The translations under genes were made by a program, and so were the position numbers. Source: an uncultured Actinomycetota bacterium (GTDB lineage: Bacteria > Actinomycetota > Actinomycetes > Actinomycetales > Kineosporiaceae). From it: a stretch of 64,000 nt of DNA. Location of the stretch: NCBI GenBank assembly GCA_963750395.1, contig CAVVQM010000009.1:69349-133348 (forward strand), given 5' to 3'. The notes below the pieces were generated by a model. The model was not told the origin of the DNA. It did no database searches and saw only the letters and a list, made by a program, of their open reading frames with translations. Below, piece by piece: positions 29,606 through 37,423 of this stretch. Each line of letters starts with the position of its first letter. Position 1 is the stretch's first letter.

Positions 29606-29746
29606 CCTAGTGGATCCCTTGCGTTGCACCTCCCGGGTGGCACCGTCGTAGTCACGCACCAGCGTGCGGGAGCGCCAGACCTTGGGGGCATCGTGGTAAG
29701 AGCGGATCGCCCCGTGCGTGCCGAGCGGCATCGGTGGCCTCCCCAT
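29606..29746 (-). pseudogene. int: integrase 5' fragment (N-terminal 47 codons)
   Basis: MGRPPMPLGTHGAIRSYHDAPKVWRSRTLVRDYDGATREVQRKGSTR is the typical N-terminus of actinobacterial tRNA-targeting integrases. It is separated from the rest of the gene by the IS. Confidence 0.8.
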
Positions 29747-29895
29747 GCTCCCAGTTTACTCCCGGGAAACGACGCTCGACGAGACCCGGTCGACGCTCGA
29801 TAACACTCAAGATGATCCAAGGACTCTGTTGAATCACAACAGTATTCGCGGATCGATGCGTGATGTTGCGCAACAACACTCAGGGACGTGGGTGA

Positions 29896-29934
29896 AATCC
29901 ATTGGTTCCGGGTTCGAGCCCCGGGGGGCCTACA
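29896..29934 (+). repeat. attR (duplicated 3' part of tRNA-Lys)
   Basis: This is the right copy of the 39-bp perfect direct repeat. No tRNA 5' half lies upstream of it. Confidence 0.85.
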
Positions 29935-30348
29935 GACGCCCAGGTCAGGGGCTCGTCACCGCTCTGGCCCTGCCGCTGGTGGTCGCCCAGCGACTCGACT
30001 GCGGGGCGTTGGTCAGCCTGGGCGTCGGCATCGCCTCCGCGGAGGGTCCCGAGCGGCGGCTGGCGGATCCTCGTCCGTGATGGCCCGGACCAGCTGGAGA
30101 GCCTGGTCGCGGTCCAGTCCGGCTCCGCGATCGCCATCTCAAGCACCATCCGGCGAACGTGGAGACACGCAGGCCGCTGGATCGGTGACCCACCTCGGAG
30201 GCCGGCCCGAGTCCACCTGTGACGAGGCTGTGAACCAGCGGGGTCACCTGTGAATCAGCTTGGAGAACCGACGAAGTCCTGAGCCCGCTGCGGCGCTCGC
30301 CGACGGCTCTCGTGAGGCCGGCGGTCGGCCGACGAGAGGGCGAGCGAG

Positions 30349-30990
30349 ATGACGATGTCTGTTTCCACCACTGCCTCGGGCTGGGGCGCCGATGCAACGT
30401 CCCGCTCGGGTTCGCTGACCGGGGCGCAGGGCCAGCGGCCGGGCGGTGGCGGCCCGCTGGCCGACGCCGCGAAGGCGCTCGGCATGAGCGGCGACGAGGT
30501 GCGTTCTGCGCTCACCGGCGGGCAGAGTCTGGATGATCTGGCCGCGGCCAAGGGGATGCCCCATGAGGACCTGGTGGACGCACTGAAGGCGAACATGCCG
30601 AACGACCTGCGCAACAGCGGTCAGGCGGACGCGGTCGCCGAGAGGATGGCGAGCACGAAGGGCCTCGACGCGGTGGCGCCGGCCGGCGGGGCGAGCGGCG
30701 CCGACGGGGTGCGGGGGTCGCGTCCGGCCGGTCTTCCCCCGGGCCGGCCGCCCGGTCCGCCCCCCGGCGGGTCCGGCGAGAGCACCGGGGTGCTGGGTTC
30801 GAGGCTGACCGAATCCCAGAGCGGGACCCTGGAGGCGCTCGCGGCCCTGCTGGACACCGACTCCGAGAGCCTGCTCGACCCGCTCACCTCAGGCACGAGC
30901 CTGGCCGACCTGGTGCAGGGGGCGGGCCTCGACGGGAAGGCCCTGTCCGGGATCGTCCAGGACGGTCTTCTCTTCGACGCCAGGCTCTGA
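30349..30990 (+). CDS. hypothetical protein (Gly/Pro-rich centre)
   Basis: The ORF is 213 aa. A repeated motif L..G.SL.DL (ALTGGQSLDDLAAAKG and LTSGTSLADLVQGAG) is present. I recognise no family. Confidence 0.45.
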   Translation: MTMSVSTTASGWGADATSRSGSLTGAQGQRPGGGGPLADAAKALGMSGDEVRSALTGGQSLDDLAAAKGMPHEDLVDALKANMPNDLRNSGQADAVAERMASTKGLDAVAPAGGASGADGVRGSRPAGLPPGRPPGPPPGGSGESTGVLGSRLTESQSGTLEALAALLDTDSESLLDPLTSGTSLADLVQGAGLDGKALSGIVQDGLLFDARL

Positions 30991-31117
30991 GACGGTCCGT
31001 CAAGGGTCAGGTGCCCCCTGTTCCTGACGGGTCACCACCACCCTGCACGCCCGGCTGGACTGCTCGACCTAATGGAGTCCTCACCCGCACGACGTGCTTC
31101 ACGGCCGAGGCGCCGAG

Positions 31118-31201
31118 CCACAGGTTCGTCGTTGGGGCCCGCCGCGACGGCCTGCCCAGGTTGGTTCGGGGCTGGGTCCGGGAGCAACGACGAACCTGTG
31201 G
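31118..31201. repeat. perfect 17-bp inverted repeat with a 50-nt spacer in a convergent intergenic region
   Basis: CCACAGGTTCGTCGTTG (31118-31134) pairs with CAACGACGAACCTGTGG (31185-31201). Confidence 0.9.
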
Positions 31202-31234
31202 TTCGCCGGTTCGTGCACAACGGCGGGGTTGCGT

Positions 31235-32470
31235 TCACGCGATGGGTGCCGGTCGTGACCGCGTGTCGAAGGCTCGCCGCCAGGCGGCAACGCGCCGGGC
31301 GTCGCGAGACTCGTACGCCTCGATCGCCTCACTGAGCGAGGGGTGGAAGGCGTCCTCCTCGCCGTTCGCGAGCGCTGTGAGCCGCATGGTGAACCATGCG
31401 GTGATCCCGCCCGCCGGCCGCGACTCGAAGCGGGGGAACTGCGGGTCGCCCCCGTCCGGACGCAGCCACGCCTTCGCGACGTCGGGGTCCAGCACCATGG
31501 CCCTCGCGAGCCCGACGATGTCCGTCGCCCCGGTCATGACGGCGGCTGCCGCCTCAGATCGAGTCTTGAATCCGCCCGTCAGCATCAACGGCGCGTCCGT
31601 GACAGTCCGTGCCCGCCGGGCGAATTCAAGGAAATAGGGCCCCGCCGACCTGCGATCAGAACTCGCCGGGGCACCGGGGAAGTAGGTCCCTCCGCTGATG
31701 TCGATCAGATCCACACCCTCGTCTCCCAGGAGCGAGATCGCAACGAGGGCGTCGTCCTCACTCAGACCGCCGTGGAGCTGATCGCTTGAGTTGATCTTGA
31801 CAGCGAGGGCGAACTCCGCACCCACCTCGGCTCGGACCCGCCGCACGATGTCCAGGAGAAGCCGGCATCGGGCCTCGATGGATCCGCCGTAGTGATCGGT
31901 GCGGTGGTTGAACAGCGGTGACAGGAACTGGCTCAACAAGAACCCGTGGCCGGCGTGTATCTCGACACCACCGAAACCGACACCCTGGGCATGGGCAGCC
32001 GCTCTGGCGTAGATCATCGGCAGCGCATCGACCTCGGACCGGGTGAGCCCATCGCACCGAAGGCCATCGACGTCCAGCGCCGATGGACCCGCCGGGCGAG
32101 AGATCGGACCGTGAGCCAGCGCGCCGGCATGGCCGAGCTGCGGCCAGACCTGGGCACCGTCGGTGGATCCGGCGGCGGCGAGCCGACGCAGGAGCGCATT
32201 GTCGGCACCGGGCCCGAGCACGAGGTTTCCCGGCTTCTCCGGATAGCGATGATCCACCTGAACCTCACCGATGAGCGACAAGGCTGCGCCGCCCCTCGAC
32301 CACCTCCGATAGAGCTCGACCTGTTTATCGGTCGGACGACCAGCGCCGTCTCCCAGGGAATCGGACATCGCAGCTTTCACGAGCCGGTTCTTCAGCACGA
32401 CTCCACACGGAAGCTCCAACGGCGCCGCAAGGACGTCGGCCTCGGTCACAGTGCCGGTCTGCTGGATCAT
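31235..32470 (-). CDS. NADH:flavin oxidoreductase (Old Yellow Enzyme / 2,4-dienoyl-CoA reductase-like)
   Basis: LKNRLVKAAMSD, QLGHAGA, GFGGVEIHAGHGFLLSQFLSPLFNHRTDHYGGSIEAR and GVDLIDISGG are present. The start was chosen at ATG 32470 (MIQQTG). Confidence 0.85.
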   Translation of the reverse strand: MIQQTGTVTEADVLAAPLELPCGVVLKNRLVKAAMSDSLGDGAGRPTDKQVELYRRWSRGGAALSLIGEVQVDHRYPEKPGNLVLGPGADNALLRRLAAAGSTDGAQVWPQLGHAGALAHGPISRPAGPSALDVDGLRCDGLTRSEVDALPMIYARAAAHAQGVGFGGVEIHAGHGFLLSQFLSPLFNHRTDHYGGSIEARCRLLLDIVRRVRAEVGAEFALAVKINSSDQLHGGLSEDDALVAISLLGDEGVDLIDISGGTYFPGAPASSDRRSAGPYFLEFARRARTVTDAPLMLTGGFKTRSEAAAAVMTGATDIVGLARAMVLDPDVAKAWLRPDGGDPQFPRFESRPAGGITAWFTMRLTALANGEEDAFHPSLSEAIEAYESRDARRVAAWRRAFDTRSRPAPIA

Positions 32471-32765
32471 CACGTCACGCTGAGCATGGCGCGCAGAATC
32501 CTGCCCACCGCAGGGACATCCGCCGCAGGATCGACGGCCTACCACCCGTGCGGAGCGAACCGGTCACCACGGGCAGGGGCCGCAGCACCAACAGGTGACC
32601 TCAACGGGTGGGGCCTTATCCGCATGGGTACTCATGTCGACCTCCCGACGCCGACGCTACTCCCAGAACGGACAGGCCTGACCCGTGCCTGACGCGGGAC
32701 ACGAGACCGCGCACGGAACGAGACGAGGTCGAGTACTCGGCCTCCGGGGGAGGAGGTGAGCTCCC

Positions 32766-33128
32766 TTGCCCAGGGGATCGGACTACCAGGGGCCACGCGA
32801 GGCCCTCGACTCCTACGCCGCGGTGGTGGATGGCAGTAGCGGCGACTCGGCAGTGAAGGGCGCCAAGAACCCGTACACGGCGCGCAACGGCCACATGTTC
32901 AGCTTCTTGGACATCGACGGCACGATGGCGCTGCGCCTGCCGGACGAGCTCCGGGAGGAGTTCCTGGCTCGCTACGAGAGCGGTCCCGTCGTCCAGTACG
33001 GGAGCGTCATGCGCGGTTACGTCTCGGTGCCCGCCGACCTGCTCCGAAGCACCGACGAGCTCCGGGAGTGGTTCGACATGAGCTACGACTGGATAGGCAC
33101 GCTGGAACCCAAGCCGACGAAGAAGTAG
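32766..33128 (+). CDS. small conserved protein of unknown function
   Basis: The ORF is 120 aa: NPYTARNGHMFSFLDIDGTMALRLPDELREEFLARYESGPVVQYGSVMRGYVSVP. The family is not confidently recognised. Confidence 0.45.
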   Translation: MPRGSDYQGPREALDSYAAVVDGSSGDSAVKGAKNPYTARNGHMFSFLDIDGTMALRLPDELREEFLARYESGPVVQYGSVMRGYVSVPADLLRSTDELREWFDMSYDWIGTLEPKPTKK

Positions 33129-33225
33129 CCGAGTGCGGACCGGCGCGCCTGGCGGATCAGGGGATGACAGACGTGGTCGTGACTGGCGATGCTGGAGCTG
33201 CCACTCACGCCGGAGGCAGCGTCCG

Positions 33226-34845
33226 ATGACGCCCGACACGCCTGTCCACACCGACCCGGCCGGTCGGTGGCATCGGGTGCGCGACGCCTTGGCCGACCGG
33301 GAGCGCGCGTCGCTCACCCCGGCTGAACTGGACGCCCTGGCCGATGCGTGGTTCTGGCTCGACGACCCCGACGCGTCGGTCGACGTGCGCCGCAGCGCCT
33401 ACCAGGCCCACGTCGAGGCCGGCGACGACCGGGGAGCCGCGCTTGCGGCCTGGCGCCTGTTCTACGACCACTTCCTGGTCGGGGAGGAGGCCCTCGCGGG
33501 CGGTTGGATCGAGCGCTGCCGCCACCACGTGCGCGACGGCGACGATCTCGCGGCGGGCTGGCTCGCCGTGGCCGACTCCGACCGCGCCAGCGGGGTCGGG
33601 GACCACGCCGCCGCCCTGGCCATGGCCGAACAGGCCCGTGACCTCGGACGTCGCACCGCCGACCCGGACCTGACCGCGATGGCTCTGCAGGCCGAGGCCC
33701 GCTCCCGGCTCGACCTCGGCCAACGCCGACGCGCCCTGGCGCTGCTCGACGAGGTGATGATCGCGGTCATCAACGACGAACTGCAGCCTCTCTACACCGG
33801 ATGGGTGTTCTGCAACGTCGTCTCGTGCTGCTACTCGATCGCCGACCTGCGGCGGGCCTCAGAGTGGAGCGAGGCCGCGCTGCACTGGTGCGCGACGATG
33901 CGTGAGGGGCTGATGTACCCGGGGCTGTGCCGGGTGTATGCGGTCGAGCTGGCCCACCTGCGCGGCGAGTGGGACACGGCGGCCGCCGACGCCGAGCGGG
34001 CCTGTCGCGAACTGACCATCTTCGACCCGCGCTATGCCGGACAGGCCTTCTGCCTGGTCGGCGATCTGCATCGGCTCCGCGGGGAGCTGGACGCCGCCGA
34101 GATCGCCTACACCCGCGCCCATCAGCTGGGCTGTTCCCCGCAGCCCGGTCTGGCGCTGCTGCGCCTGGCCCAGGGCCGAGCCGACGAGGCACGCGCGGCG
34201 CTGTGCTCGGCGCTGCGCCCCGGACCGGGCCGACCGCTGCCCCACGCGAGGCTGCTCACCGCGGCCATCGACGTCGCCGTGGCACTGGCCGATCACACCC
34301 TGCTCGAGGAGTCGGTCCGCAGCCTCGTCGCCGTCGCGGACGCGACCGGCAGCAGCCTGATCGAGGCCCTCGCCGACAGCGCCCGCGGGGAACAGGCCTT
34401 GATCATGGACGACGCCGACACAGCTGGCCTTCAGTTCGCCTCCGCCGCAACGCATCTGCAGGAGCTCGGCTTCCCCTACGAGGCGGCCCGTTGTCGAATG
34501 CGGTCGGCCGTGGCCGCGGCCGTCCTGGGCGATACCGACACCGCCCGGCTGGAGCTGACCAGCGCCACCGCGGTCTTCGAACAGCTCGGTGCCGCACCGG
34601 ATCTCGCGCTCGCGCGGGCATCGATGGCCGGCTCTGGGGCCTGCCCGCTCACCCTGCGCGAACTGGAGGTGCTGCGGCAGGTCGCCGCGGGCCGGACCGA
34701 CCGGCAGGTCGCCACCGCGCTGCACCTCAGCCCGCACACGGTGGCCCGGCACATGACGAACATCCGCACCAAGCTCGGCGTGGGCTCGCGCACCGCGGCG
34801 ACCGCCCTGGCCTATGACCGGGGCTGGTTGGGGCATTCACCCTGA
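33226..34845 (+). CDS. LuxR-family transcriptional regulator with a TPR-like N-terminal region
   Basis: The C-terminal HTH reads LTLRELEVLRQVAAGRTDRQVATALHLSPHTVARHMTNIRTKLG. Upstream is a long helical-repeat region. The start is at ATG 33226. Confidence 0.8.
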   Translation: MTPDTPVHTDPAGRWHRVRDALADRERASLTPAELDALADAWFWLDDPDASVDVRRSAYQAHVEAGDDRGAALAAWRLFYDHFLVGEEALAGGWIERCRHHVRDGDDLAAGWLAVADSDRASGVGDHAAALAMAEQARDLGRRTADPDLTAMALQAEARSRLDLGQRRRALALLDEVMIAVINDELQPLYTGWVFCNVVSCCYSIADLRRASEWSEAALHWCATMREGLMYPGLCRVYAVELAHLRGEWDTAAADAERACRELTIFDPRYAGQAFCLVGDLHRLRGELDAAEIAYTRAHQLGCSPQPGLALLRLAQGRADEARAALCSALRPGPGRPLPHARLLTAAIDVAVALADHTLLEESVRSLVAVADATGSSLIEALADSARGEQALIMDDADTAGLQFASAATHLQELGFPYEAARCRMRSAVAAAVLGDTDTARLELTSATAVFEQLGAAPDLALARASMAGSGACPLTLRELEVLRQVAAGRTDRQVATALHLSPHTVARHMTNIRTKLGVGSRTAATALAYDRGWLGHSP

Positions 34846-34938
34846 CCCCCCGATGGCTGATCCCGGGCATCCCGGCCCGGGCGCGGATGGCGCCTTCCGG
34901 CGATGCGGCGTCCTGCCTCGCCTCCCTACGGTCGAGCC

Positions 34939-35781
34939 ATGACCACCAGAGACGACACAGCACACATCACCGACCCCGGCCGGGAGACCTTCCAGATCCC
35001 CCTCGCGATCGCCGAGGCCTACGAGCGGCGGTTCGTGCCGTCGATCTTCGCCGAATGGGCACCGCACACGCTCGACGCGGCCGGTGCCACCCATGGCAGC
35101 AGACTGCTCGATGTGGCCTGCGGCACCGGCATCGTGGCTCGGACCGGCGCCGAACGGGTGGGCCCGGGCGGCGTGGTCGTCGGTGTCGACCTCAACGAGG
35201 CGATGCTCACCGTTGCCCGCCGAATCGCACCCGAGATCGACTGGCGACAGGGCGATGTGGACGACCTGCCCGTCGAGGACGCCGCCTTCGACGCGGTCAC
35301 CTGCCAGATGGCGATGATGTTCTTCCCCGACCGCGCAGCCGCCTTCAGGCAGATGCGCCGTGCCCTGGCGCCCGCGGGACGCATCGGTGTCGTCGTCCCT
35401 ACGGGGCTGAACACCCAGCCCGCCTACCGGGTGTTCGTGGACGTGGCGGTACGCCATGCCGGCTCGGGCGCCGCGTCCCTGCTGGGCACCTACTGGAGCT
35501 GCGGCGACCTGGACGAGCTGGGCCGGCAGGCCGAGGATGCCGGCCTGCGCATCGTCGAGACCCGCACCCGCACCGGGACCGCCACGTTCGCCTCGTGCGA
35601 CGAGTTCGTCGCCACCGAGATCGACGCCTCCCCGCTTGCGGAGCGGATCGACACCGATGTGCGGGAGCGGATCATGCGTGACACCCGCGCCGCACTGGCG
35701 CGGTACACGACCGGGCAGGGCGACTTCGCCGTCCCGCTGCTGTGTCACGTGGTGTCGGCCGCCCCCTCACCGCCGGCGTGA
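34939..35781 (+). CDS. class I SAM-dependent methyltransferase
   Basis: Motif I reads LLDVACGTGIVA, followed by VVGVDLNEAM and FDAVTCQMAMMFFPD. Confidence 0.8.
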   Translation: MTTRDDTAHITDPGRETFQIPLAIAEAYERRFVPSIFAEWAPHTLDAAGATHGSRLLDVACGTGIVARTGAERVGPGGVVVGVDLNEAMLTVARRIAPEIDWRQGDVDDLPVEDAAFDAVTCQMAMMFFPDRAAAFRQMRRALAPAGRIGVVVPTGLNTQPAYRVFVDVAVRHAGSGAASLLGTYWSCGDLDELGRQAEDAGLRIVETRTRTGTATFASCDEFVATEIDASPLAERIDTDVRERIMRDTRAALARYTTGQGDFAVPLLCHVVSAAPSPPA

Positions 35782-36270
35782 CAGCCTCGCGGCGTCCTCG
35801 ACGTGGAAGCGCGGCTCGTACCGCGACCGCTCACTGAGCGCGACGCCGGGGATCAGCACGCTGCCCGCCGCCAGAAGGATGACGACCAACGCCAGTCGCG
35901 TGGTCAACGGACCCTGCGCGCCGAACAGCCAGGAGACGGACAGCAGCAGCACGGCCACCGCGAGGGAGGTCCAGACCCCGCGCGCATGACGGGTGAGCTG
36001 CTCCACCACGGCGAGGCTGACCAGGGCGACAGCGGAGGCCGCGAGCGAGACGGCCGCCACGAGGCTGAGTCCGACGTCGTAGCGCGTGCCGTTGAGAACC
36101 ACAACGAGGTCGTTCCCGACGAGGAACCCCACCAGAGCCCAGGTGAACATGCTCATCGCCAGGGTCGCGATGACGGTGATCAGGCGGGTCGTCGCCGGGT
36201 GTCCCGAGGCGGTGTGGACGTGGACGGCGCGCACTCGCAGAGGTCGTTGTGAGGTGCGTGTGGTTGCCAT
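35767..36270 (-). CDS. small polytopic membrane protein
   Basis: The ORF is 167 aa with four hydrophobic segments. I recognise no family. Confidence 0.45.
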   Translation of the reverse strand: MATTRTSQRPLRVRAVHVHTASGHPATTRLITVIATLAMSMFTWALVGFLVGNDLVVVLNGTRYDVGLSLVAAVSLAASAVALVSLAVVEQLTRHARGVWTSLAVAVLLLSVSWLFGAQGPLTTRLALVVILLAAGSVLIPGVALSERSRYEPRFHVEDAARLSRRR

Positions 36271-36364
36271 GGCCGACTCCTTCCTGCCCCGACAAGCCGG
36301 TCAAACCCCTACACTCTGGTCAACGAACGACGCCGACCGTTTGATGCCGGCGCGGCCCACCGAG

Positions 36365-37249
36365 CTATCCCACCGCTGCTGTTCGCTGGGCTCCCAGCAC
36401 CAGGCCGCTGGCGACGACGACCAGCGCCATGCCCGCGAGCTGGACGGGGTGCAGTCGCTGCCCGAGGACGAGCAGACCGGCCAGCGCCGCGACGGCCGGT
36501 TCGAGGCTGAGCAGGATGCCGAACACCCCGGCCGACAGGCGGCGCAGGGCGATCAGTTCCAGCGAGTAGGGCAGCACGCTCGACAGCAGGGCGACACCCA
36601 CCCCGATGGTCAGGGCGGGCGCGGTCCACGAGGGCAGCGAGCCGATGCCGACCGGCAGCAGGACCACGGTGGAGACCACCATCGCCAGGGCGAGACCCTG
36701 CAACTGCGGGAAGGACCGCCCCACCCGCGCGCTGGTCAGGATGTAGGCGGCCCAGCACGCCCCCGCCAGCGCCGCGAGGGCCAGCCCCAGCCAGTCCAGG
36801 TCGGCCAGCGGCGCGGTGAAGGCCTCGGAGATCATCACCACTCCGAGACCGGCGCCGAGCACGGCCGCGACGTCCAGCGCTCGCCGGGACAGGACGGCGG
36901 CCAGCACCAGGGGCCCGATGAACTCCACCGTCACCGCCACACCGATCGGCAGCCGCGCGAGCGCGCCGTAGAAGGACCAGTTCATCAGAGCGAGCGCGAG
37001 CCCGAAGGCGATGACATCCGCCCACGCGCCGCGGCTGTGCCCGCGCCAGGCCGGACGCGCGATCAGGACCATGATCACCACGGCCATCCCCATCCGCATC
37101 AGGACCGCCCCACCGACCCCGACCCGTGGGATCAGCGTGGCCGCGAGGGCCCCGCCGAACTGTACGGAGACGACACCGCCGAGAACGAGCAGCGGCGCCG
37201 GAACCACACCCCCCGGCCGGCCGTCGTCCGGTGCCGCCTGTCGGGTCAC
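36365..37249 (-). CDS. EamA/DMT-family transporter
   Basis: The ORF is 294 aa with ~10 TM segments and two EamA-like halves (LLVLGGVVSVQFGGALAATL and YSLELIALRRLSAGVFGILLSLEPAVAALAG). Confidence 0.8.
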   Translation of the reverse strand: MTRQAAPDDGRPGGVVPAPLLVLGGVVSVQFGGALAATLIPRVGVGGAVLMRMGMAVVIMVLIARPAWRGHSRGAWADVIAFGLALALMNWSFYGALARLPIGVAVTVEFIGPLVLAAVLSRRALDVAAVLGAGLGVVMISEAFTAPLADLDWLGLALAALAGACWAAYILTSARVGRSFPQLQGLALAMVVSTVVLLPVGIGSLPSWTAPALTIGVGVALLSSVLPYSLELIALRRLSAGVFGILLSLEPAVAALAGLLVLGQRLHPVQLAGMALVVVASGLVLGAQRTAAVG

Positions 37250-37423
37250 ATGGGCAGGCTAGTGCCGCGCCCGGAGGTCAAAGGTCTCTGCACCCGCCGT
37301 GGCGCGCTTGCTAGCGTTGTGCGGAACCCGGATGGCACTGTCGCCTGAGCCGAACCCATCCCGATCGATCCGAGCCGAACATCGCGAACCCCATGCCCGT
37401 GCGCACGCCCTAGGAGTGGCTAC

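Larger units (their letters stand above)
22747..29934. mobile_element. integrated element / genomic islet at tRNA-Lys, bounded by 39-bp direct repeats
   Basis: An exact repeat AATCCATTGGTTCCGGGTTCGAGCCCCGGGGGGCCTACA occurs at 22747-22785 and 29896-29934. A tyrosine-recombinase gene lies at the right end. Confidence 0.8.

Noticed and set aside
29935-30348. A second integrated remnant or regulatory gene just outside attR.
   Set aside because: No ORF here has recognisable motifs. There is only a short hairpin (CTCGCC..CTCTCGT / ACGAGAG..GCGAG) in the leader of the 30349 ORF, and nothing supports calling a feature.
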